A stretch of DNA of 64,000 nt from Phoronis australis (taxonomy: Eukaryota; Animalia; Phoronida). Numbering within the stretch: the first letter of the stretch is position 1; each line of letters begins with the position of its first letter. The stretch spans positions 200,213 through 264,212 of the forward strand of contig NMRA01000541.1 of assembly GCA_002633005.1 (NCBI GenBank), given 5' to 3'. Below are positions 26,814 through 40,380 of this stretch, piece by piece. Position numbers and translations under genes: made by a program. The notes beneath the pieces are model-generated. The model was not told the origin of the DNA, searched no databases, and saw nothing but the letters and a program-made list of their open reading frames with translations.

Positions 26814-26975
26814 GGGTATAGCCTTAAAAATGGGTACATCCCAAGGCAACATGGGGTATAGCCTTAAAAATGGGTACATCCCAAGGCAACATGGGGTATA
26901 GCCTTAAAAATGGGTACATCCCAAGGCAACATGGGGTATAGCCTTAAAAATGGGTACATCCCAAGGCAACATGGG
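26814..26975. repeat. Perfect 40-bp tandem repeat, 4 copies (gggtatagccttaaaaatgggtacatcccaaggcaacatg)
   Basis: Four identical units are visible. Confidence 0.95.
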
Positions 26976-28229
26976 ACAATTTGGTCAACTAATGTATCAA
27001 GCCACATGTCCAGCTGTAAGGAATTGTCTGTTCTAAGCAGGAACCAGTTTCAATAGGGCAAGTGCCATAAAGTAAGTTAAGCAAAGCAGGGTTTTGTTTG
27101 ATGAACCAGTATAATTATAGATTTTTATTCATATATTTTATTCACATATTTTATTTTATGTTTGGTGGAGGCTATTTTGTTGCAATACTTTTTCCGTTAG
27201 ACTAATGGTTGATGAGAACTACTGATGGTCATTATAGTTGATATTCTTCTGTTATATTTGACTTCAAATGGTGTTTCTCAGGGCTTGGAATTTTCCTCTT
27301 TCAAAAGGATTTTCTTTTTCTTGTTTCAATTTTCTCTTTCAGTTTCAGTTTTCAATTTTCATCTCTTTTTTATCATTATTTTGACTGAATCCATTCAAAA
27401 AATGTTTCCTGCAGTTAAATTCTATAATGAAAAAAATATTTCTATCACATAAGCCTATGTATACGTCACCTGGAAAACTTTACTCTTTTTTGATCGTTTT
27501 ACAAGCCCTGATCACTAGCACAGTAAAACTGGAAATGTAATAGGATTATATCCTAAATATTGTTGCAGACCTGTTATGCTACAGTTGTTAGAAGCTATGC
27601 CATGTCAACAGTTAGACTAAGGTTAGCCTGTAACTAACTAACCCTTAAATAGTAAAAAAGTTGGAAGTCCGTGCAGCGAATGTGTAGAGTCAAGTGCCAT
27701 GTACATCACAATCCAGTTGCACCTCACATATTAACCTGCACATGTCAAAATTGGGATCGCGTGAACACATTTATCTTGAGAAATAGTATAGCAAATATAA
27801 CTGCACAGAAATCAACCCCTTCGAAAGAGCTTATTCACTCGAAGTACTGTTACTGGCTAGACTAAGGGTTGAATATTAGTACTGTTACTGGAAACTCACC
27901 AGAGAAGTCTTTTCAGGTGTTTTTATGCCAGTTAGTTTATAGTCTTAAGACCAGTCAGTTATATTTCTTTCTTAATAATGCTCAATTACATCTTGAAGCT
28001 TTTGGACTTTCTATTTCTTTACCCATCTGTGCAAAGTCAACAATGTATTGTTTGAAGCTGCTGGCTGTATGCTTGATTAATGCTTATTGTATTTACTGTT
28101 ATTGTGTTTCATGGCCCTCCATGTGCTAGTGCTTTGTTTGTCAGTAGTTGTAAAAGTTAATTATATTTCTTTTGTTCAAACATGTGTTTACTCACCATAT
28201 GTGGGATGATGCATAGCTGCATAGTGTAA

Positions 28230-28675
28230 TACAGGACTCCCACAAGGAACATTCTGCCCCATAGGAGCATCTTGTCCCACAGGAACATCTTGGCCCATTG
28301 GAACATCTTGCCTCAGAGGAACATGTTGCTCCACTGAGGAACATCACACCCTGTAGGAAAATCTTGACCCATAGAGCACCTTTCCCCATACGAATATCTT
28401 GCCCTGGATGAACATTTTACCCCTTGGGAACTCCTTGCCCCATATGAACTTCTTGCCCCATAGGAACATTTTGACTCAGGAATATCTTGACCCATAGGAA
28501 CATCTTGACTCATAGGAATATCTTGGCCCATAGGAACATCTTGACCCATAGGAACATCTTGACTCATAGGAATATCTTGGCCCATAGGAACATCTCGACC
28601 CATAGGAACATCTTGACCCATAGGAACATCTTGGCCCATAGGAAGATCTTGCCTCAGAGGAACTACTTGCCCCAT
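28230..28675. repeat. 18-bp minisatellite (cccataggaacatcttga), degenerating leftwards
   Basis: Tandem units produce repetitive ORFs in several frames: (MGQDVP)n, (THRNIL)n, (SRCSYG)n. Confidence 0.92.
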
Positions 28676-31600
28676 TCGCCAAAAAAAAGGACAGCTGTTT
28701 ACCTTTTAGTGGACATTTTAAAAGGACACTAAACCCTGCTTTGACCTATTCTGTCTGACTCTTGGCTTGCTAAATATGGAAATCTAATTGGGCCCTTTTG
28801 GCTGATAAAATGGGTTTCGATATTCCTTACCGTGGTATGGTGCCATTTTGAAAACCATAGGCGACAAAGTCGAGAAAACGCGTGAGAGCTTATTGAGGTT
28901 CGTCAACCCTAAACTTTCGGATTCGAAAATGGCGCATGTACCCATTGAATCTATTGATTTGCCCTTGCGTCACCGGTCAAGATCGGATGGGCGTAGTCAT
29001 ATTCTCACCAAAGCGCTGTAGTTCAGAATTCAACATTGGCGGCTTAACAGGGGTGAAATGCAGCTCATAGAACGCTATTCAATCGTGGTTAAAAAGTATT
29101 TTGATCAGTATTGTTCAACCCTCTGAAAATTTCTTTACAAAATCTGCTAAATGATCTATTCCGAGTACACATTGGATGGTAAGAAAAACAGGTCAGGGTA
29201 TATCATGCTGGAGGTCAGACAAACATGTCGGGGTATATCCTGCGGAGGCCAGACAAACAGGTTAGTTGGGACTGGACAACATGTAATACTGTGTGACGGT
29301 GCTTTAACAGAATGATGCTTTGAGGCCTAGGGAAAGTATGAGTGTCGTCCACACTACATGTTACTCTAGAACGAGTTGTCGCTAGCTGTGTGCACGTTTC
29401 TTGTGGTGGGGCAACTTGACACGTGACAACTCGGGCCCGTAGGAAGGTAAATAATATTGGGGTAGGGAGAGATTCAAATTTGTCTCACTTCGCGTCGGCG
29501 GCTGTGATCCCAAACTTCAGAGCTCTCCCTATATCCCCACCAATTCCGACTCCCGTCACAGGACTTCGGCTGTTTGGGGAGGTGGTAGACGCCGAGGAGA
29601 GAGCACCTGAAGCTTGGGTTTCTTATACTGCAACAAACTTTCACGAAAGGATCGGCCACATTTAGACTTGAAGGTGCCTTATGCGTTTAGGGTATGATTT
29701 GACTTTTAGGGTAACAAAAAGGATTTCCAAAATCACTCTTTAAGTGAGTGTAAAAATAACGTAAAAACTTGGCAGGAGTCCATCGGGAGCCTGCGAACTC
29801 CGGAGAAACATGGACAGAAATGGCATCACCAGCTCGAAATTGAGTAGACGGAATATCGTGTTTCTTCTGTTTCGGAAAGAATAATTGAGGTCTAAAGTGC
29901 AGACTCTGTTCATCAGGGTCTACTTTGGGATAATTCATTTTATTCATTTTATTCATTTTACTTTGGAACGGGTGGAATTCCGAAGTCCCCGGTTCACTGT
30001 TTAGGAGTAGTCTCAAACTTCTTATTTGAAACACCAGAGTATTTGGTGGCTGCTCCGGGCCACATTATATAGAACTGAAGTTGTTCCATCAAACTGCGTC
30101 AAAATTAAACGGAACGTAAATTTCTTAGAAAATTATTTCAAATTGGTAAAAATTATCGAGGGAACTTGTACGTTGCTGTTTCAAGTTTCCCAAAAATTCA
30201 GCGTTAATCTAAGTTAACTGAAGCAACACCAATTTCTTACAAGATTAGCTTCTAATTTTAAAAAGCGTCCACAGTCCAATTTCGTAGACATATGGGCATG
30301 AAAATTCGAAATCTTTGGAGGTTACCACTGAAGGAAATAATTTTGACATGTTAGGTTGTCGTGTGGTTACATAATATAAAATTGAGGGCAGGACGCGTCT
30401 TTTCGGTTAACTGGACTTTTTGAAATAAATAATCTAATCCATATAGAATTACGATGCACGCAGATACATTGTTCATGGAAGACGGGCAATATCCTAGGGG
30501 GCTTTTAAGGTCCTCCCCAAGAAATTTTCAAATTTTTTCGTTTTGTGTTTGTGTGAATTCTGGTTCATTTCAGTGTTAGCATGTTGCCCGGCGTTTAAAC
30601 GTGATTTTCAAAACTCATTAATTACGATAGACAGCCTGGTTTGAGCTCAAGGTTTTCCGACATGCACTGAGGCCCGACAATATACACGGTCATCAAAAAT
30701 GGTACCCCGACAGTTTGATCGACACGTGCGAGTCTCCTACGAACAAAAAATCCCTCATCATCAACAACATTTTCCCAATGATGACCTTCAAAAGAAATGC
30801 TCACCTCGGAATTCTTTGGGAAAAATTCTTGAGAATACTGGTCTGTGATATTTAAAATCAGTGGTCTTCAGGTTCTTTAAACTCTTTGATTGCTTTCAAT
30901 GCTATCGAAAAAACTGTAAAAGACTTATAGTTAAGTGGTTTTTAACATAAACTGTTGCGAAGTTACACAAAAAACAGAAAAAGAGGCTACTGATTGGCTC
31001 CGCTCCGTGAGTGTCGGTACCAATAAATGGAAAACGAAAACTATACCGTGGATGTCATCAACGGACCACCTTCAAATACTGGCCTAAAATATGAAAGAAA
31101 ATGAAAATTCAAGACTGGAAATGAGCAGCAATCGATGCTATCGCTACGGCTCCTCTCCTTCAGGCTCCCAGTTATCAAGTTATGCCTTGCCAAAGAAGGT
31201 TCTCTTTAGATTTGCAGCGTCTTCTTGAGTGAAACAAACAAGTCGCGCTTAACCTGTGCGTGGCAAGAGCACGCTTTCAAGTATATTTACATGATGTCTA
31301 CTGCACAAACTAGACTGGCCTTAACAAAAATGTCCTGGCTAGTGCTACCAAAGGTAAATCTAACACTGGGTTAGTTGACAAATGTTCTCTAGAATTTTCG
31401 CTCTTCTTCACGATTCGTTATGTCTTTTCTCGACTGTCCCCAACGTTACGCCTATACCGAAGCCACGGTTCCACACTGCCGCTTAAAAATTATTATAGGG
31501 GAACACGTTCCTGTCCCCATGGCCCAGATATTACCCGGCTTTATGTAGGTAGGGAAACCTGTTCGAGGGTAACTTGCCATAGCGCAAGTGGTAGCGTGGA

Positions 31601-33149
31601 CATGAACATGTTGATAAGCTTGCTTAGTTACTTACATGTACATATGAGTGTCTATGTTAGTGTCATATTTGTCGCATGGGTTAGGCTATATCTGTAGTGT
31701 GGACGCTTGGATGAACGGAAGCAAGATGCTCCAAGGTAACTCGCAGTGTGCACCCGACTTAAGTTGTGTCATTAGTGCAACAGCAGGTGACGGACAGGAC
31801 CAGTGTTGGTTCAAGCTAGTCACTGAAAGAGTGCCCCGAGCGACTTATTGGCCACACAGCCAACTGTGATTTGCCATGAATAATTATTCATACAAAGATT
31901 GTATTTCTGTGGATATAGAACTAGAGTTAATTCAGTATTTGAATAGCACAGGAGTCAGTACGTTTTTCACGACAACTCAAACAAGTACATAAACAGTCTG
32001 ATACATACAATCATTTACATCTAAAAACAAGTGTCTGTGGATACAAATGTTTTTACGAAGGACCCTTAATTAGAGTGAGATGCTAGGCCCACTGTCCTTG
32101 GGACCATAGAAGAAAGATATTGGATTTGAGATTATTGAAAAGTTGTCTGAACAGTGGTGTACTCCAGTCTAAGATTACGAAAACAAACATCCTAAAAATA
32201 AAACATTGAGTATAAAGCTTCAGTTAACGGACACAGTATGGCTGTTTTTGTTGTCCAGTCGTACCGTAAAAGAGAAAAGCTTGAAAATGAAGATTTGAGC
32301 TGAAATCTTAGGTAGCAGTATTGGATGTATGATGTCATAAAGGGACCAGCTGCTATTTTCACCTGAAGGTGTCCGCGCTGTGTTGGTGTCTTTTTGGCAT
32401 TTTGTGCGTAGATNTTGATTTATTTTCCAGAACTGAAATTCTAAATCTATTTTAATCGATTTAAAAATCGATATCATACTAGTAAAGCAGTTTGTGGCTG
32501 AAGTAGAATTGCTGTAAACCACTTTCCGCTATTTTCTTGGCCTTTTTCTGTGTGGTTTGCTGTTCTTTCAAAAGGCGGCAGCATATGACGACCATAGGTG
32601 TCGTTATAAAATGGCTGTCGAAAAGCAATGCACAGTTGAACAACTCGGCATAAGTAAAAGAAAACGTTTGAACCAACGAATACTATATATTTGTGAGAGT
32701 TAAATCAAATCCTATTCAGATCATAACTTTGAAGTGGAATGATTGGGTGAGTACGACAACAAGCCGGTTTTATGCTTAGGCGGACGACCATTGGGTTCCC
32801 GAGTATATGTCAGTTATTAAACACCTGGTTATCGTACGTCATGTTGTGCAATTTGTCGCCTTGGATTACATTCATTGATAAACCAAACACAAGGAGGGAC
32901 TTTTTACGTTTTCAGTAGTTTCCACCATATTATTTTCCAGCTGATATGAATACGTGTGCGCTCTAGTTGTTTAGTGTCCCTTATCCGGACATTGAGTGGC
33001 GTCTTTAGGCCATTTTGTCATCAATATCGCACGCCAATTCGAGATTCCAGGAGCACCGAGGTGTCCACTTTCCGTGCTCCTTACGATGCATTCCTGTAGA
33101 TACAGAATCTCCAGTTAGTTGAAACTGATTGTTATTAGTACTGTGCTAG

Positions 33150-33270
33150 TCATGATTTCCTGGAAGATAAAATCCAGCAATTCATCGGCTTCTTCTTGCC
33201 TTTCATATTTACAGACCCTCTGTATTCAAAGTGAAAACAGCTGTCATGGCTATTGGAATTCTGAAGACAT
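33150..33270 (-). CDS. GUCY1B1-like: Soluble guanylate cyclase beta-type subunit, last coding exon
   Basis: ttgcag|A acceptor completes the phase-2 Arg codon. Encodes CLQNSNSHDSCFHFEYRGSVNMKGKKKPMNCWILSSRKS*, matching beta1 ...[22 protein letters not shown]. Confidence 0.93.
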
Positions 33271-34796
33271 CTGCAACAAACAAAATACGTTTCATGAGAG
33301 CGGCCTTCGTAATAATACGGGTCTCTTAAGAAACCTGGACTATTGAACTGCAGTCGAACTTCGTTACGCCGTACACCAGAGACCTTGGCAACCTGTACAT
33401 TATTACGATAGTTTGTTGTAACTTTAGCTTAGATTAGAAGAACTTAGTCTGGATTTGCAAAAATGAAGCGGTTCGTTTTTCGTTGGGTGCATAAAATAAA
33501 ACCACGTGACAAACCTTACGACAAGCAATGAGAAACTTACACTTCTATCGAAGTTTTTTCATTCCCAGTGGGCACAATTTCAAACCAGTTTCATAACGTC
33601 AACTCAAAAGTTGTTTTCAGGGAAAAAGGCAGGTTTAATTAGAAGCTTCATTATTTCGCCTGCATGTAAAAGGTCATTGCCTGTTTGTGACAAGTTTTAC
33701 GAAACTATGAGCCATCGGGATAGGTGCAACTAATTCATTATACAGGCGATTGGATATAAATGAAATTCACTCATATACAGTAATTTCACCTCCCTATAGT
33801 ACGAGATACAATGTTCATTCAATCACTTTGGTGATGTCGTATCTTTGTTTTTGACGGAGAAAACAAAGTAGTATAGTAAATCGTTTATGTGACACCTTTG
33901 AGTAGGAGCTCGGTCATTGATCAAAGGTGGACCCAGCGGTGACGTCATCAGCAAACCGGAAGGAAATTACAATGAAGTCATGGATCAGCGCAAAATTGAC
34001 CCGAAAGTGACGTTATATTTTGTGTTAGAACGGAACTTCGGTCAAAGGTCATAAGTGTAAGCGGAAACGACGTCATCTGTAAACCAGAAGGAAGTAAAAA
34101 TGAGGTAAAAGTGGACGTGAAATCAGACGTGTAGGTGAATCCTGACATCATCATGTGTGTATAGGGCGTGACACTGTTCACCACCCTTAAGTCCAGTGTT
34201 CGATAATAAAAGTGGATTATGTTTGAATATAGCATTCAAAATGGGTAAAAAGTTGATTCCGTTCGTTTGCTTACATTAGCGTCACTCGTCGTCATGGTCA
34301 TTGTATTCAGTTATCGCCCTTTATTCTCTCTCTCTCTCCCTCTCTCTCTCCGTCCCGCCCTCCCTCCCTCCATCCCCCTCTCTCCCTCCCTCATCCCCTC
34401 GCTCTCCCTCCCCTCCCCGATCTCTCTCCCGCTCCCCTCTTCCCCCTTCTATCTTTCTCGTCTCTGACGGCAACAGATGTCGCGCATGTCTAACCAATGG
34501 TTTAAGGCACTAGAATAATGAGACAGCTGTTTTTAAAAACGTCTATTAATAAGAACGTACACTCTAACGTCATACTACAAAATCCCGAAGCCGTTCAGAC
34601 ACCATTGCCGGTACAAGTCATGATTTCATTATCACTATCAATTACACTATCAATTACACATCGTATCGTAGTTGATAGCAAGTGCTGATTTACTAGTACC
34701 CTGTGTGTTTACAGGGCTTTCTGCATTACACGGCGATAGAACTCTCCTCCGGAAATAAAGCGCGTGACATCGTTTTGGATATCAGTTAGTTATCTA

Positions 34797-35321
34797 CTCC
34801 GGAAGTGACGTTTTGGAAGGCAAGAATTTCGCGCCAATTTCTTTTCATATAGTCTGACTTTGAGAGCTGCCGAGTCACCGAGTCATTGTTCCATCTCGGT
34901 TGTGATCTGTTCGGTTCGGTCGTCGTTTGCTTCTGCTTACGAGTCAGTCAACATGCCATACTGTCGCTGTGTACTCATTATCGTCTCACGGGCAGAGGAA
35001 CAACTGTCCCACTTGCCCGAGTGAACCGCGCCACACTCCCACTGGATAATGAACTTAGCACACAAACTGCTTTCATCCCGCCGTGTGACTCCCTCGCCAA
35101 ACACCTGGCACCTTCTAAATAGCTCCGATTGGGCCATAATGAGTACATCCCGGTACGCAGCATCAGTGTGGCGTGTTGTCTGACTCGTAAACAAAAGTAA
35201 ACGACGACCGAACTTATCACAATCGAGGTAGATCAATGACTGACTCGACAGCTCTCGTAGTCAGAGTATATGAAAAGAAATTGGCGCGAAATTCTTGCCT
35301 CCCAAAACGTCACTTCCGGAG
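34797..35321. mobile_element. Foldback MITE with ~180-bp imperfect terminal inverted repeats
   Basis: ctccggaagtgacgttttggaaggcaagaatttcgcgccaatttcttttcatata... pairs with ...tatatgaaaagaaattggcgcgaaattcttgcctcccaaaacgtcacttccggag. Confidence 0.85.
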
Positions 35322-38147
35322 AAGAGAACGAATAATTAATTAAATTACGAAAAGCTGTAATTAAGTGGAGAATATGTCTGGGATAATCAACGAACCTTAT
35401 TTTTGATAAAATGACAAGAAAAAAGGTTGCCTTCGCCTTTAGTATGAAAGTAGACATGCATAATTGTTACCATGGCGACTGAGTACCATAAAAGTTTTCA
35501 TCATTAAAGTAGAATTTGATTAGCGTGATAATAAATAATATGAAGCTATAAGACAGAAGGATTCGAGTAAGCTTCACATTTCATAATCTAAATGCAACTC
35601 ATTTCCGTAAATCACTTAAGATTTTTCACATTTTGTTGCTTTGATATATCTCGAAGTTGAAAGTAACTAGTTACAAAAAATGAACCAAACGCACATTTTG
35701 TGCATAGAAATTAGAAAAATATGTGTCTTGTTATGACACATAATCATACCAAAAGTTGATTTTCAAAAAAAAAACATTTCAGAACAATTTCAACAGAATT
35801 TAACAGAATGCAAGGTCAATTGAATGGGCACTTCACATTGAAATAATTAGAAGATTCATAATAGTTATGGCACAACCATCGGAAAACTGCACAAAACTGC
35901 TTTTTGTGGCAATGTTTCTGCAAATGTATTATAGTTAAATCTTCACCGATGACTACGTAGTCTGTTGAACATGCCTTTCAGTTGAGAAAAGTCGCTTTAT
36001 TGTCCAAAGTGAATTGTGAGCACTTTAACCACTCAATTCAATAAGTTACACCTGCGTGATTAAATTCTGGTGTAAATTCTTGGATTGCCCAGAATGGTAG
36101 CTAAAGATATATGTTACTAAATTTTACTGTTTGAATATTTGTGAAAATAATGTTTAAGCACTTTAAATCCGTAACCTGTGCTGCTGACATCGCAAGATGG
36201 TCGACCCGACCGAAATAAAGTCAAAATTTGACACGTCAATAGCGATAACTTTTGATGCACCATGCGATTTTGATAATTGTTTTCATTTTTGTATTTCGGA
36301 CATCAACACCTTTCCTTTGATGCAGGTTTTTGTCTTCAAACCGAGAAAATGACCTTCAGCTCAACCACTTCATACAGTATTGAACCCTTAATTCAAAAGA
36401 ATTTTTTATGAATAAAAGCTAACTTGCCCTGAAATATTGCACAAATTGGAATATTTCATTAAAAATCACATGAATTGTTCATGTCAGCCTAAAAATTGTC
36501 TTTAAGGTCGTCAACCGTTTTGTGTATTGGCACCAGGCAATTATGTCATCTCTTGTGCTAGTGTAATCTCTGACACACGGTCGGTTATGAACTCTCAATG
36601 GGTGAAATTGTAATATGGATATTTCAGACAGTATTATGGTCATTAAAATATTGATTCCCATTACTTATCTTTCTTAAAATCATTTCAGATGTAACGAAGT
36701 TACAAAAACATTCGTTTAAAATGTAGAATTGGGTCATTTTTAGAACAAAAAATGAAAAAGCGCATTCGAGAGACTTTTTAGACTTGTTCACATATCCAAG
36801 ATTTATCTAAAAACACAGCCCCGCAAACTAGCTTGTAGAAGCACTTGAATGACACTCACTTTCAACGCTACAAAAAGTGCTTAGGAATATACCTCACCTG
36901 TCACGTGATGAATGGTACGAAATCATTATTATCAATTTTATTTGGTAATTCTGGTGTCCCACTTCCTAATCCCATCAAGTCTTTTCTCTCATTGCATGCA
37001 ATCTACCTGTTTTTATGTGGGAAAATTGTTGTTTTTGGTATGCAAGAACGTGTCATTTTCTTTGTAAACCTTTGACGGCCTATAGGTAAAAAACTAAGTG
37101 GTCAATAAGTGCAAAATTGTTGATTTTTGTATCAGAGCCACACCATGATCGCATACACAAAGTTTAAGCTGAATCTGGAAGATGACCCCTAGAGATTTTT
37201 TGATTTCTTTTGATTTTCTCGTGAAATGACTTAACTTTGGTGTACAACAGACCAAACATTTTATCATCCAGACTAGAAGTATAAATTCAAATATTTTGAT
37301 CAGTAGTTCTTCATATCTCGCAATTTTAGTCCCGATGACCCAAAAACATGTCGAAGAAAAATCTGCTTTCGAGAACAACTAGGGTCTCATTTAAAAACAG
37401 CTGCAGCGATGCAGACGCAGGTTCGTTTAACCTATAACTGGAACCAAGGGAACACCTCTTCAAATATTTGATGCATCAAACCGCATCGAGGACAAACCTC
37501 ACGGTGCTAACAAGTCATTCGAGGTACTTGCACCGTCAAATATTGCTGGAATCGTGTGACAAACACTGTATTACTTGAATCGTCTCGGCTCCAGTTAGAT
37601 TCTGCAACTCCAAACATCATTGCACTTAAGAGTGTACTACACTCCTTGATTGTAACGAAAATGACAGCGAATTGCAAGTTGATGAGATACGCAACAAGGT
37701 AGCAAAGGGTATGCCTGCAGAAACGTCAAATAATGTTTTAGCGTCCGTGACATACGTATATAACAAAGGACCAGAATAGAATCAGCATTCACTAGTGAAT
37801 CTGATAGCTATATACCCTATGATTAAGCCTGTGAAACGGTAAACATACGCGCACATACAGGTGCATGCAATAGTCACAGGCAATAGTGACGTTGCGCCGT
37901 TATGCTAGGATCCAGAAACATCTCGTTCTCCCTTTAAAGCGTTACATCGAAGTAATCTCGTTGGTCAAGGCAACATGAATATATTTCTAATGCCGAAAAA
38001 ATAAGATTTTGAAAACGGAGCCGTACAAGTCAATAGAAAATTTTCTGTGTTCCCAAAAATGATCAGACAGGAACAAGCGTGACTTCTCTCAACAAGTGTT
38101 TTTACACACGCCCTCTATGAGAAAAAAGTGGCTATCGCACTCCTTAA

Positions 38148-38672
38148 AGAGTTATGGAACGCGAAAACTCGTCAAAAATATCTGACAAAAGTACCATCTC
38201 GCAACGTCTAGTACAGAGTAATTTTCTTTCCCCTGTGAGGAAATTTCCAGAAAAAAGAACAAAATTCACGATTTTTGAAATACGCGCAAAGGAAAAACTT
38301 TGTGGTTACCACTCATTTTCTAATCTCCTCACTTTTGATGAATGCGCTCAGGTGCTGGAAGTCACTTGAGGTCAAAGGTCACATTTTTCGTTTTAGAGAA
38401 ATGTACTACATTTTACTTCCATGTCTTGCCGTATCAAATAAAGATACGTGAATTGCATTGCAGGAGGAAAATCGACGAAGTGGCGAGCACTTGACAGATC
38501 GTTTTTTTGAAATTTGAAACTAAAAGAAAATGATTTGATATCAACAAAAATTAAAAATCTTAACGAAAAAAAAACACCTAAAAATGCCTGGTGAGCAGGT
38601 TGAATTCTGTTTTAGTAGCAGAGAACCACTTTCAATATTGATAGTTAGTCTGTTTATCGCGTTCCAAGCCTC
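38148..38672. mobile_element. Small TTAA-flanked (Kolobok-like) MITE
   Basis: ttaa-agagttatggaacgcgaaaac at the left and gtttatcgcgttccaagcctc-ttaa at the right. Confidence 0.5.
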
Positions 38673-40216
38673 TTAAACCACCCATGCCCTGTTCTTTGTT
38701 GTTTGTCTGCTACGCTCTTCCTTTTTGGTGTAGGGCAGTCTAGAGCACAATGAAAAAGATTTTGAGAAGATGAAAATCTCGAGTTCGAGTCTGAGTTCAG
38801 AGTTTGTGGCGTCCCAGAACCTCAGGTAACCCATGTGTGCGCGTGGCTTATACATACATAAGAGATGGTTCCTGTCTGGGTACAAGTACCGTCCTTAAAC
38901 TACGACGCTGAAGAATATTGGATGCGCAGTTGTGTTATACTGGTGCATTTGTAGGATATGCTATTTAACAAGTCCTGTGAAGTTTGTTCAGCCAAAATTA
39001 GGGCGGTATTAAATTTTATCACTGCCGACGCGCCCTTTTCCTAGTTTCGTGGTAAATAGGAATGTGTCAATTCTTTCTTTACTTGTGATTTATTATCCAT
39101 CAATTTACATGTTGGCCAAACAAAACTGGAAGACCACTTTCAAAATATGCCACAAAAAACACTACAGGTGCACATTATTACTACCGAATACGTGATGACG
39201 ACAACTACACAAACGTCACAGTTGTATTCATGTTTGCGAATTCGTGAAGCCCCTGTAGGTGTTGCATGTCAAAGTTTGGGGCGTGCAGTGGGGAAGTGGT
39301 ATTTTTTTATCTCGCCCCTCTACCAAGAACTACTCACACCGCCACTGAGAGCATACCTAAGCGTCAAAATCATAAGAATGCACTGACAGGGTAAATCTTA
39401 GAATCGCAATTAACAGCTAGTTTCTGGACCGTACAGTTCAACATTACAATAACAACCGTCGCTAGCCCAGTGAAGACTGTCATAATTATCTCTACAACAA
39501 GGACCGTCTTATTAGCACAATTACCTGCGTAATTAAGGCTGACTTCATGTGAACATCAGGCAAAAGTGTGAGCATGACGCATCACAGATTTTTGTTCACA
39601 TCTTGAAAACCTTGGTGGAACGAGTTATAAGTAAAATATTCTTTAGTTTGAAAATTATCGGCTTCTGTAAAATCGTTCCTCTTTCCTTTTACGGATAAAT
39701 TTTGATCGCCAATAACGCAAATTTCAGGCAAGCTTTACGTTTCTAGCATGAATCTTATCTGTCCTAGGTTAGTCAGAATACACAACACTATTCAAAATTT
39801 CATTGCAAGTTCCTGATTTAAACACAGTTAAGACTTTACTCTTGAGGAGTTATAGTGGTGACAGTATAGGCTACTTTCAAAAATATGCTGCTACGCAGCG
39901 GCCAACATTCCACAGAATAAAGACATGCCACATTGGTGTATCAGTAAAGATTTCCGTGGATCTGAACTTTTGCACCCCGTGGCTACTTCACTCCTAAACA
40001 TAACCACTATGGCCAACAATGTTTACTGGACGCGTTAACCCTAATTTTCACAATAAAATAATTAAAATTACTTATTCGTAGTTGAACAAACTTGAAATAG
40101 ATAGTTCGCTTTACTAACCTGCTGGAGACAAAACCGATTTTTAGTGTTAAATCAACGTTCACAAATGTTTTTGCCAAAACGCACGACGCCATAATTATGA
40201 TCAGCCATCGCTTGGA

Positions 40217-40380
40217 GAGCACACACCTGTAAAAGGCTGTGAACGAAAGCAGAATAGTACCATACATGGGATTTTCAAACACCTTAGAAGGTATACGGCT
40301 GAACGTCCTTACAAATGTGACCTGTACCGAGTGGAAAAAGATATACAAGATATTTCGTTTGTGCACCGTGTGAACACCTG
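40217..40380 (+). pseudogene. Degenerate C2H2 zinc-finger fragment
   Basis: EHTPVKGCERK...FKHLRRYTAERPYKCDL resembles CPxxGC...HLRxHTGERPYKC with Zn ligands lost. Confidence 0.45.

Noticed and set aside
26814-26975. 40-bp repeats, and the 28-32-bp repeats elsewhere, as a CRISPR array
   Set aside because: The units are directly adjacent with no unique spacers, there are no cas genes, and the context is eukaryotic. These are minisatellites.
31575-31880. tRNA or tRNA-derived SINE head (gccatagcgcaagtggtagcg)
   Set aside because: Only an A-box-like stretch is present, with no cloverleaf or correctly spaced B box.
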